A DNA stretch of 56,878 nt, counting the filler, from Sphacelaria rigidula (Eukaryota), in assembly GCA_964200075.2 (NCBI GenBank). It is 2 parts of 2 records of this genome, joined end to end, with 100 filler letters (N's around TTAATTAATTAA, not from the genome) between each part and the next. Parts side by side here need not be neighbours in the genome. Positions count along the whole stretch, not along the records: positions 1 to 28,400 come from CAXNAA020000099.1; 1 more part is not named here. One strand, given 5' to 3'. The position numbers were made by a program, and so were the translations under genes. A model generated the notes under the pieces. It did not search any database, was not told the DNA's origin, and saw only the letters and a program-made list of their open reading frames with translations. This document shows, piece by piece, positions 12,225 through 24,200 of this stretch. Positions within the stretch are counted from its first letter, which is position 1, and each line of letters begins with the position of its first letter.

Positions 12225-15200
12225 GTCAGTCAGTCCAGAAAGAGTTGCACAATCGGCATGGTAACTCCCATGTTGAGATTTTTTGCCAGTCCGTTGAGTT
12301 TGGTGACAATCCCATTCTAGCGATTACTCCGCCGCGCGTGGTGTTCCTCCTGGGCTCTGATAGCCCACGCGATGATACCCCAACTGGAGCGTACGGTAGT
12401 GTAGTCTATGTAAGTCGAGTGAACCGGCGCACCCATGTGAGCAATGAAAGGTAACTTCTTTGCGCTACGACGTTCATCATTAGGTCGCATCCTTGTACTT
12501 CTAGCCCCTCCGCCTGAGGAATGTGCCGACTCTATTGCGACCCATGTACTGTTGTTCACCTGTAAGCGGGTGCTTTTTGCTCTGGAATGATTGAGTCGGC
12601 AGCGCTTCTCCACCAACGACCAATTGGTGATTCTGAGCAGTGTCAGGCTTGTCATAGCCATCCCGGGCTTGAGCCAGCCATGCCAGGCTTGACATAGCCC
12701 GTGACATTGATGCAGGTGGCCCAAAAAACCGCTCATACTCGAAGCTACGAGTGCTGCTCTCGCTTGAATTTGCGAGCTACGAGTGCTGCATGCTGCATGA
12801 TCAGTGCTATGTGTTATGCATAATCATGTGGCGGATTTTCTATCGTGAGTCATTTCAATACAAATCAAACCCACCACCTATTGTGCTGTCTAATCGACTC
12901 GTACAGTAGAGAGAACGTCAGCCCAAGTGCGCTCTTTCAGTGAGTACAGTACTTTGATGCAGATTCTTGGCAACTTTGTGAAACATGCAGTCCTGCTGCT
13001 CCATGGGTGTCCACTTCCCCGTATGCCGTGCTGTTTCAGCTGGGCGGTGCTGCATGAGTGAGCTGCTATGTAGTGAGAAACACTTCGCCGTACTTTCTAT
13101 GATAACACAGCGACAACAGAGGCGACATAAATCAACAGTCGGAGTCCTGGATCTTTTTCCAGGGGGGTGGAACACATTCGCGGATCGATTGCTCCTCGGG
13201 GTTGATCCACCATTCTAGCGCGCTAGCGCGTCGTGTTTGGTACATGTTTGATATATATATATCCACCGGTCTATCGCCGTTCTGGCTTATGGGAGTCTTG
13301 ACTCGTCTTTTCTTACAAGATCGTAGTTCTTGAAATTCCCGTCGCCTATAGAAAGAGCCTGCAAGGAAGTAGAGTTTTCACGCGAGTTTGTAGCCAAGTA
13401 GTCCATGATCGACACTCTCTACAACTGCTTAACTCTACAGTAGCACCCTACAGTTATGGGGGTGAATGAGGGCCATAACGACCAAAGAAACCAATACAGG
13501 AAGAAGAAAAAACGCGGAGGAATAACGAACAGGTCATGAGCTGTTCCAAGTAGGACACACGCTTCATCCCTAGTCAACCCCTGGACAACGAGCGTCGCCT
13601 CAGAACAGTTTCACAGGAGGCCCGAGAGGCGCGGAACGACCATGCTGACCAATCATGGTCGTCGAAACGAGCACGTAGTTCCCCTACAGGTAGGATACAC
13701 GTGGTCTACTTCACTGTCTACTGTGGCGTTATTTCTCATTCCGGTCATGGCAATTCAACCATAGATAACATGGGCACAAATAACGTGTTTTATACTCTGC
13801 TCGAGATCTGTGCCGCCTGTCTGTAGCGTTGTTGCGGAACATGAGGCAGAGGAATCAGCAGCACGCAGTAAATTATGTTCGGTGGAGAGCGATGGCACAC
13901 TGACTATTTCTTATCGTTTTATCCAGCGGAGACATACAGCACACATGGTGACTCTGCACGCTGTTGACTGCACTCTCAAAACCGGTCAGGGGTTCTCCGG
14001 CACTTTTTTTATTTAGATGCCCAGCATCCGCATCCAAGGCCATGCAGATGCAGCACCCACCTAAGCGCAAATGGAGACCGCAACACCAACCCCGGCCACC
14101 GCAAACATACCGCGGGCACGGCGGCAATCATCGCTAACGTTGGGTACACTATCCCGTATTTCAATGGACAGAGCATCGCTTGTGAGAATGCCGTCGTCTT
14201 TGACATCATCCTTCCTCCGCACGGTCTTGTACTACGACTGCGGGTGCCAGAAGACCGGCAAAACCATGTGTGACGGAACCTAGACTAAAATCAAGTTTGT
14301 ACTATGAAATGTACCATGAAACGTGGATGGACTAGTAAAAAATTAACCCTTTTGGACCCCTCCCCTCCTGTCCCCTGGCCAAACACCTTATTATGAGAAG
14401 CCCTGACGAAGAGGAAAACATGGAAATAGAATAGGTCGATAGCAACCATTTTTATAGTGGAAGACTGAAGAAGAATGTCCTCCCTGGACAAAAATAGGGT
14501 AAGGTTTGTTCAATCATACACACCATGCAACGGATGAAGCGTGTCCAATTATATCCATCGACAATAATCAGCAAGATCACTATGAAATATTCCATTCAAG
14601 AAACAGCGATGGGCTCCAGGGTCCAACCTGGCACGTTTGTATATTAGCATTTGTAGATAAGGGAAGCACCTCCTTGACGAGCTGCAGCATCGGGTGGCGA
14701 GTTTGCCAAGCCACACTGTACATACAGCATAGTATGGCTGAACCCAGCGAAATCCCGTCACCAATGTGGAAGGCACAGTGGGTTGTGCGTGCGGTACATG
14801 GCGGGCGTAACCGCAGGCGATATACATGTACACGGGAGGGAGCCAACGGGCACCGCCTATCGTAATTAGGCCAGATGAAAAACAGTACAGTCAGTAAATA
14901 CAGTAGGTAAGACTGTTGACTCGCGGCTACACTCCGTGCAAGATCAATATGAGTATGTCGTGAAAAGTCGGCCACGAGAGTAAACGGCACGAGACGACAG
15001 CGGTAGCCGGCGTCATGAATCTCGTGCAGCATGAAGTATGCAACGGTCGGGAACGATCAATCCGCGGTATAGATGTGGTGGGGCAACTGTACCTTTCGCT
15101 ACGCCGTTGTGTAATAGTCAGCTCGAAGTATGATGTTGTCGGCACGTACTTGGCAAAGCGCAGTTCTGTGCATGCCCCGCGTTTCACCGAGATATTTTCA

Positions 15201-18200
15201 AAACACAATACAGACATGACACGAAGCAGTAAGGTATCACCCCTGGGGCGACGGCACTTGGCAGACTCTACACCACAGTGACGGTGCATTAACTGCACGG
15301 CACATGGCGTCTGCGTCGCCTTTACCCATTTTTTCAAACGGCGGGATGGTGCTGTCGGAACGTGCATGAGCGCGATGTTGTGCATTACGTGAGTCTGCAG
15401 TGGAGATTACCCCAAACTGCTGTAAACACACCCAGTACTGTACGAGGCAGTATCGCAGCGCCCCCGGCGGCACGGAAAAGTGACTGCCTGGGATTGCATT
15501 ACACCGCCAGTTCATAAATAATACAGCGAATGTGCCATCGGCGTTGCCCTTGTTGCTATGACGCTGCAAAGAGTATAAACTGCAGCGGGCAGGGCGGGCA
15601 GGTCAGGCGGCGAGCATGCTTTACAGAGGCCTGCCGCGCACTGTAGCCGGAGAAGGAGCTCATGAGTGTAGAAAAAAAACGCCGACGGGTCCTGGACCTC
15701 GCCGCAGCAAAAAAATAGGAAACCTTCTCTTGTTCCACTTGTCACTCGTACGGGTCTGAAAAATACGCGTTGAGCCAAAAATGTTGCGCCTAAGCTGTTA
15801 ACCATCAACCATATCTTGCTCAAAAACCGTCAATTGCAAAGCATCAATTTTCCATGGTGATTTCCAAGAGGGCTCATTAAATTTCTTGAAATTAGTGTTC
15901 GTACTATGACAATAAACCCGTACCTACGGGCCCACCACCGTCAGTGAATGGCTTGTTGAATTATTATTTTATTAAGTTCGTCACACTAGCTCGATCTCTC
16001 GAACCCGTGGTCACAGAGTGCAAGGAGCATACCACCCATGCCCATAACTCGAATAACCCGCAGAGGAAAGCGAGAAACAAAAACATCCACACGACAAAGA
16101 GCACCTACACTACGAAAGATCGTGTAAGACTGATGGGAGATTTCATATGGGCCAGGTCGTTATTTCGAGGTGACGCTTGTATTTGTGATTGATAATGATT
16201 GGCTCATTTCATTTCTTCTGTAGGCACGTGTCGATGCACACTTTCCCGAGATAAAGTACCCCAAGTCGGCCCCCATTCACTCCCATAACAGGAACTGTAA
16301 ACCATGACAGTAACTGTCAAGCTGCAATGTGGCCAGAACCCTAAGCCTAGGCAAACCGAGAACCGTAAACCGTCAGACAGAGGTCTCGAGAGTACTTGAG
16401 ACAACTTCTGCGCTTTGCGACTGTCCGCACGTTCGACGAGTCCGATTCCCCGAAATGGCGGTGTTCCGCCTGATTTGTGTCTAACATTCTATTCCCCCCC
16501 CCCAAAGAAAAAGAAAGAGAAGTGGTGAGACACCCATTAGGCAGTGTAAAAGCAGTGGCTGTGGAAGTGGCGATACCAGAAAATGAAGCGACTCATTCGA
16601 GGCTGTCATCCAAATGCGAGATAATCACTACACTTCGGGCCGAACAATCTTACCAGGATGAAGCTCACCCTTCATGCGACTCGCCAAAAACACCACGGCG
16701 CTTCGCGCTTGGTGATTGAGTGTGAGCCTGGTCCGGCGAAACCCCGGCGTGCTCCGTCCCGGCTTTATAGGGATGCGAGGTCAATGGTCTTATGACCATG
16801 GCATGCAAGATCACGAGTACAACCCCGCCCCCCGAGAAAAAATAAAGGACACGTTAAAGTCAGAAATATTTGAAGAATCATGTCATGTAAAATAGTGGTC
16901 GCAAAAATGCATAGAAAAACTTCATAGCTACTTCATGTACGAAGTGCGGCTCAATGCTACCCACGGCAGTGCACAAAATGGCGATGGATATTTTCCTAAA
17001 GCGAACGGTACAAACATTTTACATGCACAGTGGCCATTCTCCATCTTGACACCTGATACACACAGAACCAGTGTTGAGCCGGCGATGAAGTCACCTTGGT
17101 TACCACCCCCTGAATAACAAGACCTAGCGGGGCCAACGGATTCGATCAAGCCGGTAACAATGCAGAGAAACATGAGCGCAGACAGTCCCGGATGGCACAC
17201 CCGCGATGAACGCTGACTCAACTTCTCTGACTGTAGCGATGTATGTCTCTTCGAAAGAACCAACGCCAGATATTGGTATTAATACATTGCTTCCATTTTA
17301 CCCTCCCTGAGTGCGATCGCGACAACTCGCGCTGTACGAATCCCAGCGGAATGTCTACGGGCATGGGAGAAGAATCTACTAGTAGCCGTCGTTTGAGTCC
17401 AATATAATGCTCAAAACCCAGGATCGTACATACAAAAGGGCAGTATTTTACACGCTAGAAAGTGAACTAAGGGCGCTTGCGAAGACAACAGAATCTGCTG
17501 CAATAGACGCCAATGTTGTCGTTAATGGCTGCCGCGCCCCGGTGATGTAATGGTCCGACTGTCGCCATGAGGGTGGAGAGAACGAGGGTTCCATTCCCGT
17601 TGCGTTGGGTTTTTCGTCCTAATATCTGATTTCCACCGTGGAAAGCGTGAGAATGTGAGTAAACAATGTGGTTGACGTGAGTTGACGCGGTGCGGAAGTT
17701 CTGACCCAATCCGGGAGACCAACATCAAGGCGTGTATCGCGGAGAGATGGGTTGATTCCTTGAGACTAGTAGACCACGGACTCGTCCCGAGGAAGGGAAG
17801 GGATTCGAATTGTGACACATAAAATAAAATGAAAATAAAATTATAAAATTATAAAAATGGCCATCTATCCATCGGTTTGTCTGTCTGTTGTCGTAGTAAC
17901 ATCTATCGACAGGCTCCCATCCCACACTATTGCCCGGACAGCAGCAGTCTTTTGTGGCCCTATACGGAGAGCTGTTGCGGCCGACACATCGATGGATATC
18001 TGCCAAATCTGTTGATGGCGGCAATGGCTGTTGATCGATCGGGTACAAAATCTACTGTTGATGGCGATGGGTATCGACAGATACATACCAGAATCTACTG
18101 TGGTACATGCCTGTCGATAGATATCCTCTGTCGTATATCGCCACATCTACAATACTTGATACTGTCCGAGTATAGAGCATATTAAAAACGATTATAAGTC

Positions 18201-21200
18201 GAACTTGAACATGCGGATATATGGTGATACCATCAACACTTTGAAAAATAACGTCACGATTCTAAAAATTCGGAACGGGTCTATGTTTTCGGAATCGGTG
18301 ACATGTGTGGACAGGTTCACGAGTTTTGTCGTTCGTGTGTTGGTACTCAGGGTTCTCCCTCTGACGAACAAGAGCGCCTAGAGTACTCACGTGCGTGGAT
18401 GAGATGTGCTTATACCTGAACAATGGACTGTAAGGGAACAGTACCGCCACGAAATGTGACCGTCGATGTTCATTGTCGGCCGCAATCGCCTAACATCACT
18501 GCCTATCGATAGCTACTTCTGTAGACAACAAAATATTCGGAACAAGAGACACAATGTATCACTGCCATGGCAATGGAGCGGCGAGGTCGTCTACTGATGT
18601 GTACTTTGTTGCAGTAGCCTCTGAATTGCGTCCACTGATGTCTGTTGCTAGTCACAGCAGGATGTGAATCGGAGCCAGCAATTTCTATTGCTGCCCACAA
18701 GAAGATATGAATGGCGGCCGCCAATGTTCATGGCTGCAACATATTGCGGGAGCACCAGTATCTCGCGACAGCTTGGAGTTGATTCGCGCGCGCACGGGTG
18801 TGTGTGTGCTAAACACTGAAGCAGGGATATATTTCTCCTTCCCCCGCGCCATGTCGCCTCATTTTGCTCGAAGGCGTCGAGTATACTTCGCTCGTCACAT
18901 ACATGATACATCGTGATAATTATTACAGTCATACCCGCTGTGTGCTGTGGTTTTCCCCGGCGAAGTGGGAGTCAAGTGTCCGGCGTGTAGCTCGAAATGT
19001 CACGATATTCGCCATCATCTGGGAGCGTATCTTATTTGGGCGTTCATACCGTTATAAAAATGGAAGATATATGGGCCGGCGCAACACTGGGACTCATGCT
19101 GTAGCGTCAAATAGGCACCACTTTCACTACGCACGAGTCACGAGGTTGGTCGTCATATAAATGCCATACTCCAAATGTCTGCGGTACTCTCAGGCCCTAT
19201 TCTCGGAACAGAAAGCGTTGTGTGCTCATACAGTTGAGATATGGCGCGAAACCGGTGTCGTGCTCGCAGACAGAGAGACTGCTCACGTGTAGCGTCGGGA
19301 TCACCGGCGTTGAAGGTCTTTGTTCCGAAAGAACGCTTGGAGCCGAAGGGGTTGAAGTCGGCATGTCGTGCTAACCTCGAGACGGAGCACCGTGAAAAAG
19401 GACACAGTATCTACGTTTTCGCCTTGGACAGCTGTTCACATTTTGTGATTTGTTGGAAGTGAAGTTGCCGTGCCGGAAGGGCGGTGCCCCGCAGTGGACG
19501 TCTGCACATTTGCCGCCGGAAGTGCTTTCCTTGTACAAATGTCATGATCCAGGATATCAATCTTAACCGCCCATAAGACGGGTGTATCTTTTTGTTGGAT
19601 CTCCATTTACGGCCAGCTCTCTAGTGTGGGCTCGACCATGGGGTTATATCCTAGAACATGTATCACCGCAACTGTTGTTAGGTAAAAAGCGTGAGCATAA
19701 GTGGAGTCTTGCCGAAAATGGAGTTGAAGAATTTTCAAGTCGGCTGCAGCAGTACCCGACCCGTCCGTGGCTACAGGCATAACGCCGAAGCTCGTTGGTA
19801 TCGCATCAGTTAATTTATCGATTGCGTGCATTTATTCATATGACAAGACATGAGAATAAATGGAGGCACTGACTTCAATAACGGGTCGTAGTCATGCTGT
19901 AGTAACGGCTCGATATCAAACGTGCGTTTGGCTGAATCAAAAGTACCCGAAGCCAAGCCGATCGCGGCTGCGGCGAAATTTGTCCAAAGGGGTCAGTGCC
20001 GTCATCCTTGACGGACCATTTTTCTGTTGTAAAATGCTCCGTTCCTGTTCCATCGTATCATTTGTATCTAGTATACTCACAGTGTATATTACTGAAGATA
20101 AGTTACGGCAAGACCACAAATGTACGTGTCCATTTTTTGCCGCCGTACCCCTGCAAGTAGATCACTTCGCATTCCGAGGAATTTCTCCGCTGCTGCTGCT
20201 GCTGCTGCTGTCTTGGAAAAAAATGCAATAAGCAGACCTTCGGCCACCACGTCTAAATCTCAACTATCAGCATCGCGGGGTTGACATGCAGTGGTTTCCC
20301 ATTCATCCATTCATCCATTCATCATGACTTCCGCGGAATATGTTTCCCACCTGCTACCCTTCTGTTATGTGTTGACTGTGCCCCAATGCGTGCACTCATG
20401 CCGCTAGTGTTCGTGCTGTTTTTGCCCTCGCCGCTACCATCGGCGATGACTCGCCCCCCCCCCCCCCCCCCCCCCCCCTTTCTATCGGTCATTCCCCCCC
20501 CTTCCTTTATACCACATTCACAAATACCACGGACCCTCCTCCCTCTTTAACCTTGTNNNNNNNNNNTTTGCCCCCCCGCGTGCCCCCCTGGCCCCTGTGT
20601 TTGTGCTTTTTTTTCCCCCCCCCCCCCCCCCCGCGGTGATCCCCCCCCCCCCCCCCCCCTCCCCCGTTTATTGTAGGGAAAATTCGGCTTCATCGAATTC
20701 GAAGATCGCAAAGAAGCCAAGGATGCCATGCTCCACATAAGCGGGATGAAGTTCGGGGGCGGGCGACTCGGAGTCGATGTGAGTATCATATGTAGGATCG
20801 CATGCCTTTTTTCTTCTTCTTCTTAGTCCCACCTTGAACCCCCCCCCCCCCCCCCCCCCCCGCCCCCCCTCGCTCCCCCTGCCCCCTACCCCCCCNNNNN
20901 NNNNNGCTTTAGTGATGTTTAGCGCGTCTGACGCATACTTCTTTTCCCTTTTTCCCTTAAACCCACCCCCCCCCCCCCCCCCCCCCCCCTCCCTGGGAAC
21001 GAGTCCGTGGTCTCAAGAGATCAACCCATCTCTCCCCGGTACAGGCCTTGCATTTTGATCCCACGCATTTGGTCAGCACTCCCGCACCGCGTCAACTCAC
21101 GTCACACGAAATCAGTCCACTACAGGCTGGGCCGCCCAAGATGCGAACAGGATTGTTGATACGCAGGTCTTAAGCTCAATTTTGAGTCGTTTTTTGATGA

Positions 21201-24200
21201 AATTCTGATACAGCTGTACAGGACGTACATACGAAGACCCTCAAACTTCCCCCATGTTTTTTTTCTTCGTGAGCTATTTGCGACGGAATATTTGAGAACA
21301 GTTCTTTTCGGAACAAAATAACCAATGATTAGATGAGGAAAGAAAATCAGGGGGAGATTTCGGGGATCTCTGCATGTACGGCCTATATATCATGTCAGAA
21401 TTTCATCAAAAACGACGCAGAATCGAGCTCAAGACTCGCGTCATTCTATCGTAAACCGGTTCCTATAGTAAATGGAGATGGAACACCCACGAATGATTCA
21501 AACGCAATTATGCTGTTCAATTTCAAGTCGTTTTCGCCAAAATTTTGGCACGATGTACAGGTGGTATGTGCCAAGACCCCTTTTGAGCCTTCCTGTTCGT
21601 TTTTTCTTTCTTCGTGAGTTCTTGGCAATTTTGTTCCGAAAAACTATCATGAATTTTTCCGTCGCCACGAACGCACGAAGAAGAAGAAGAAACACGGGAG
21701 GACCGAAGGAGTGTTCGCACATACGTCCCATACATAATGCCAAAATTTCATCGAAAACGACTAAAAACCGATTCCTATGTGGAGATGGAACCTCAGCCGG
21801 AAGTTCGCCTCTGACTTGCCTTGTTCTACTTTCGGCTCGGAGGTCTTTACAAACTACTCGTTGGTTCGCACACTACTACCAGACGCCTTGGAGCGCTGGG
21901 GGGCTCATCTGCGTGCCAACTTGGATACTGCACGCCTAGTGCGACATGTGTTGTTGTACGATCGCAGCTTGTGCGACACCACGTGGCACTACCGACTGTA
22001 AACGAAAACTCCATACACTTTCGCACCTGACCACAGTTTGGTTTTTCGTTTGATGAGATCCATGTAGCACACATGGATTTGAAGACGCGCGCTGATTTGC
22101 CGATAACCACGATGTGTCATAGTAGGCACAACTCGCGATACATCGTCAGTTAGAACCGGCTGAAGGAAAGTGATCTTCTTAGGCGGCCCAGCCTGTACTT
22201 TTTTTTGTTTACTCACGTACTCACGCTTTCAACGGTGGAAATCGAAAAGCTCTGTCGCACCGCGTCAACTGGCATCACACAAACTCAATCAACGTTTTTT
22301 TTTGTTTACTCACGTATATATGCCTTTGACGGTAGCAATTAAGTACTTGAATTTAGAGACCCATCGCATAATGAATCGAACCCACATTCTCTTTACTAAT
22401 GATGGCAGCAGAACCATGAGACCGTCGGGGCGCGAGGCGCGGTGGATTATGAACCGTGGTGTATATACAGTGGTTTTGGTGACAAGAGGAGACGGAGAGT
22501 TTTCCACCTGTTGGTCGTTGGGTATACAAAATCCATGATTAGTATTGTTTATTTGCTTACAGCTCACACCCCTCCCCGATCTAAACGAACCCTGATCTTG
22601 ACCCTACCCATTTTATAAGGAGAATATATGAAATAGGGTATACCATGCGGTGTTATAAACAAAACCGGGTAGCGCACTTTCGGGGCGCAGCGCTGACGCG
22701 GGCTGGACGCCTGTATAACACGTTCCTGCGCCTCAGCCCCATGCCCAACGTGCTTGGGCAGCATGCCTACCGTTTTTTTTTCAACACATGGCAACAGTCT
22801 TGACTAGGGGGTGAAAAACGTGAGCTTGTCGGAGCACTTGATGTTGCCAACAACGCAGCAGGGTACGTCTCAGCTAAAAAGTCATGTAGTACTCTGTTTT
22901 GTTCATGTGCATCCCCTTTTAGGTTCATCTACACACCCGTTTCGCTCAGTGGTGACCCTCCTGCGGGCTCCGCAGAGGACACGTCGAACAGTCCCAACCA
23001 TACCCTATTTTGTCAATATTCACCTTGCCGAAATGGGCGAGAAGACCAAAGACCAAGAAATCGTGGCCTGCAGCTGTTTTCTCCGCAGACCCAACAGATC
23101 CGACGATGTGTACAGGGCGCGAATGCTCATGTGTGGGAGATGACAAACATCCAAAGATGCGTGAAAGTCTTGACGTCACACACCTGCACATCATGATGTC
23201 GCGGAAGATCAGAGCGTAGCGAGATCTAACGTTTGTGTATCCACGTGGAGATATTATAGGTTACTGATGTCTATCTACACGCCATTTTTCGTTGCGTCAA
23301 ACCTGGTACAGTAGCACCTGAAACGCCTCAAATAAGGCCGCGAGCCGCGCCGACGACGAAACGAAAGCTCTCTTGGCGGCACAGTCCGCTTACTCGCCTT
23401 TGTGGACTTACGGAGTCCAACACGGAAGGGAGACACAGTCCAGTCCCATGCTAGGGGTGGTACATCTCTCAGTTCTTGTACTGCACTCCCCCCTACCGCC
23501 CGTATTTGGTCTTGACAGGAGCATTATACCCGTTGACGGGGAACCATCATAAAGGCATGATGAAGCCCTCTCCAAGAAGCTGCAATAGCTGCAATGAGAT
23601 ATGCAACACACGGGCAACTTGTTATGTAAAGTGATATTTTCCAAGTGCTCTCTACTACCGGTCGCCCCGGTGGCTCAGTCGGTAAATTCTAAACCCTCCG
23701 ACGGTCGGGTCGTGGGTTCAAATCTTGGAGTGATCTGGGATTTTTTATCACACCATGCCCAACAGTGGAGATTGACTGTGTCGTGGATACACAAAATTCG
23801 ACGTGACGGTCGACAAGGAAAAGGGACCGCTGAACGTGACTGAACCCCTCTCGCGATATAAAAAAAAGGCAAGCATAGCAGAAGGAAGGTGGAGTATTAA
23901 AAACAAACAAAAAAAGAAAAAACTCCTGTGTTGGCCTCCCTCCTGTGTGACCCCGGCCGATGCGCCCACGAATACCGAAAGGTGTAGACCGGCGTCCAGA
24001 ATAGATGAGATAACAACACACACACAACACACACACTGCCCCAGTCGGGTGCGGCGCGGTTTCGACGTATCTTGGAAAGTCGACCGCCTCATTGATGTTT
24101 TTAGTCACACGTAGGTCCAACCTTTCTCACTCGTAGTCGACGCAATCTCTAAAAAACAGCGCACAGCCTTGCGCGGAGTCCAGGAGCATACTCTCTAGAC

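Noticed and set aside
20454..20990. Poly-C tracts and poly-Pro/poly-Gly ORFs
   Set aside because: Adjacent to N gaps and probably base-calling errors.
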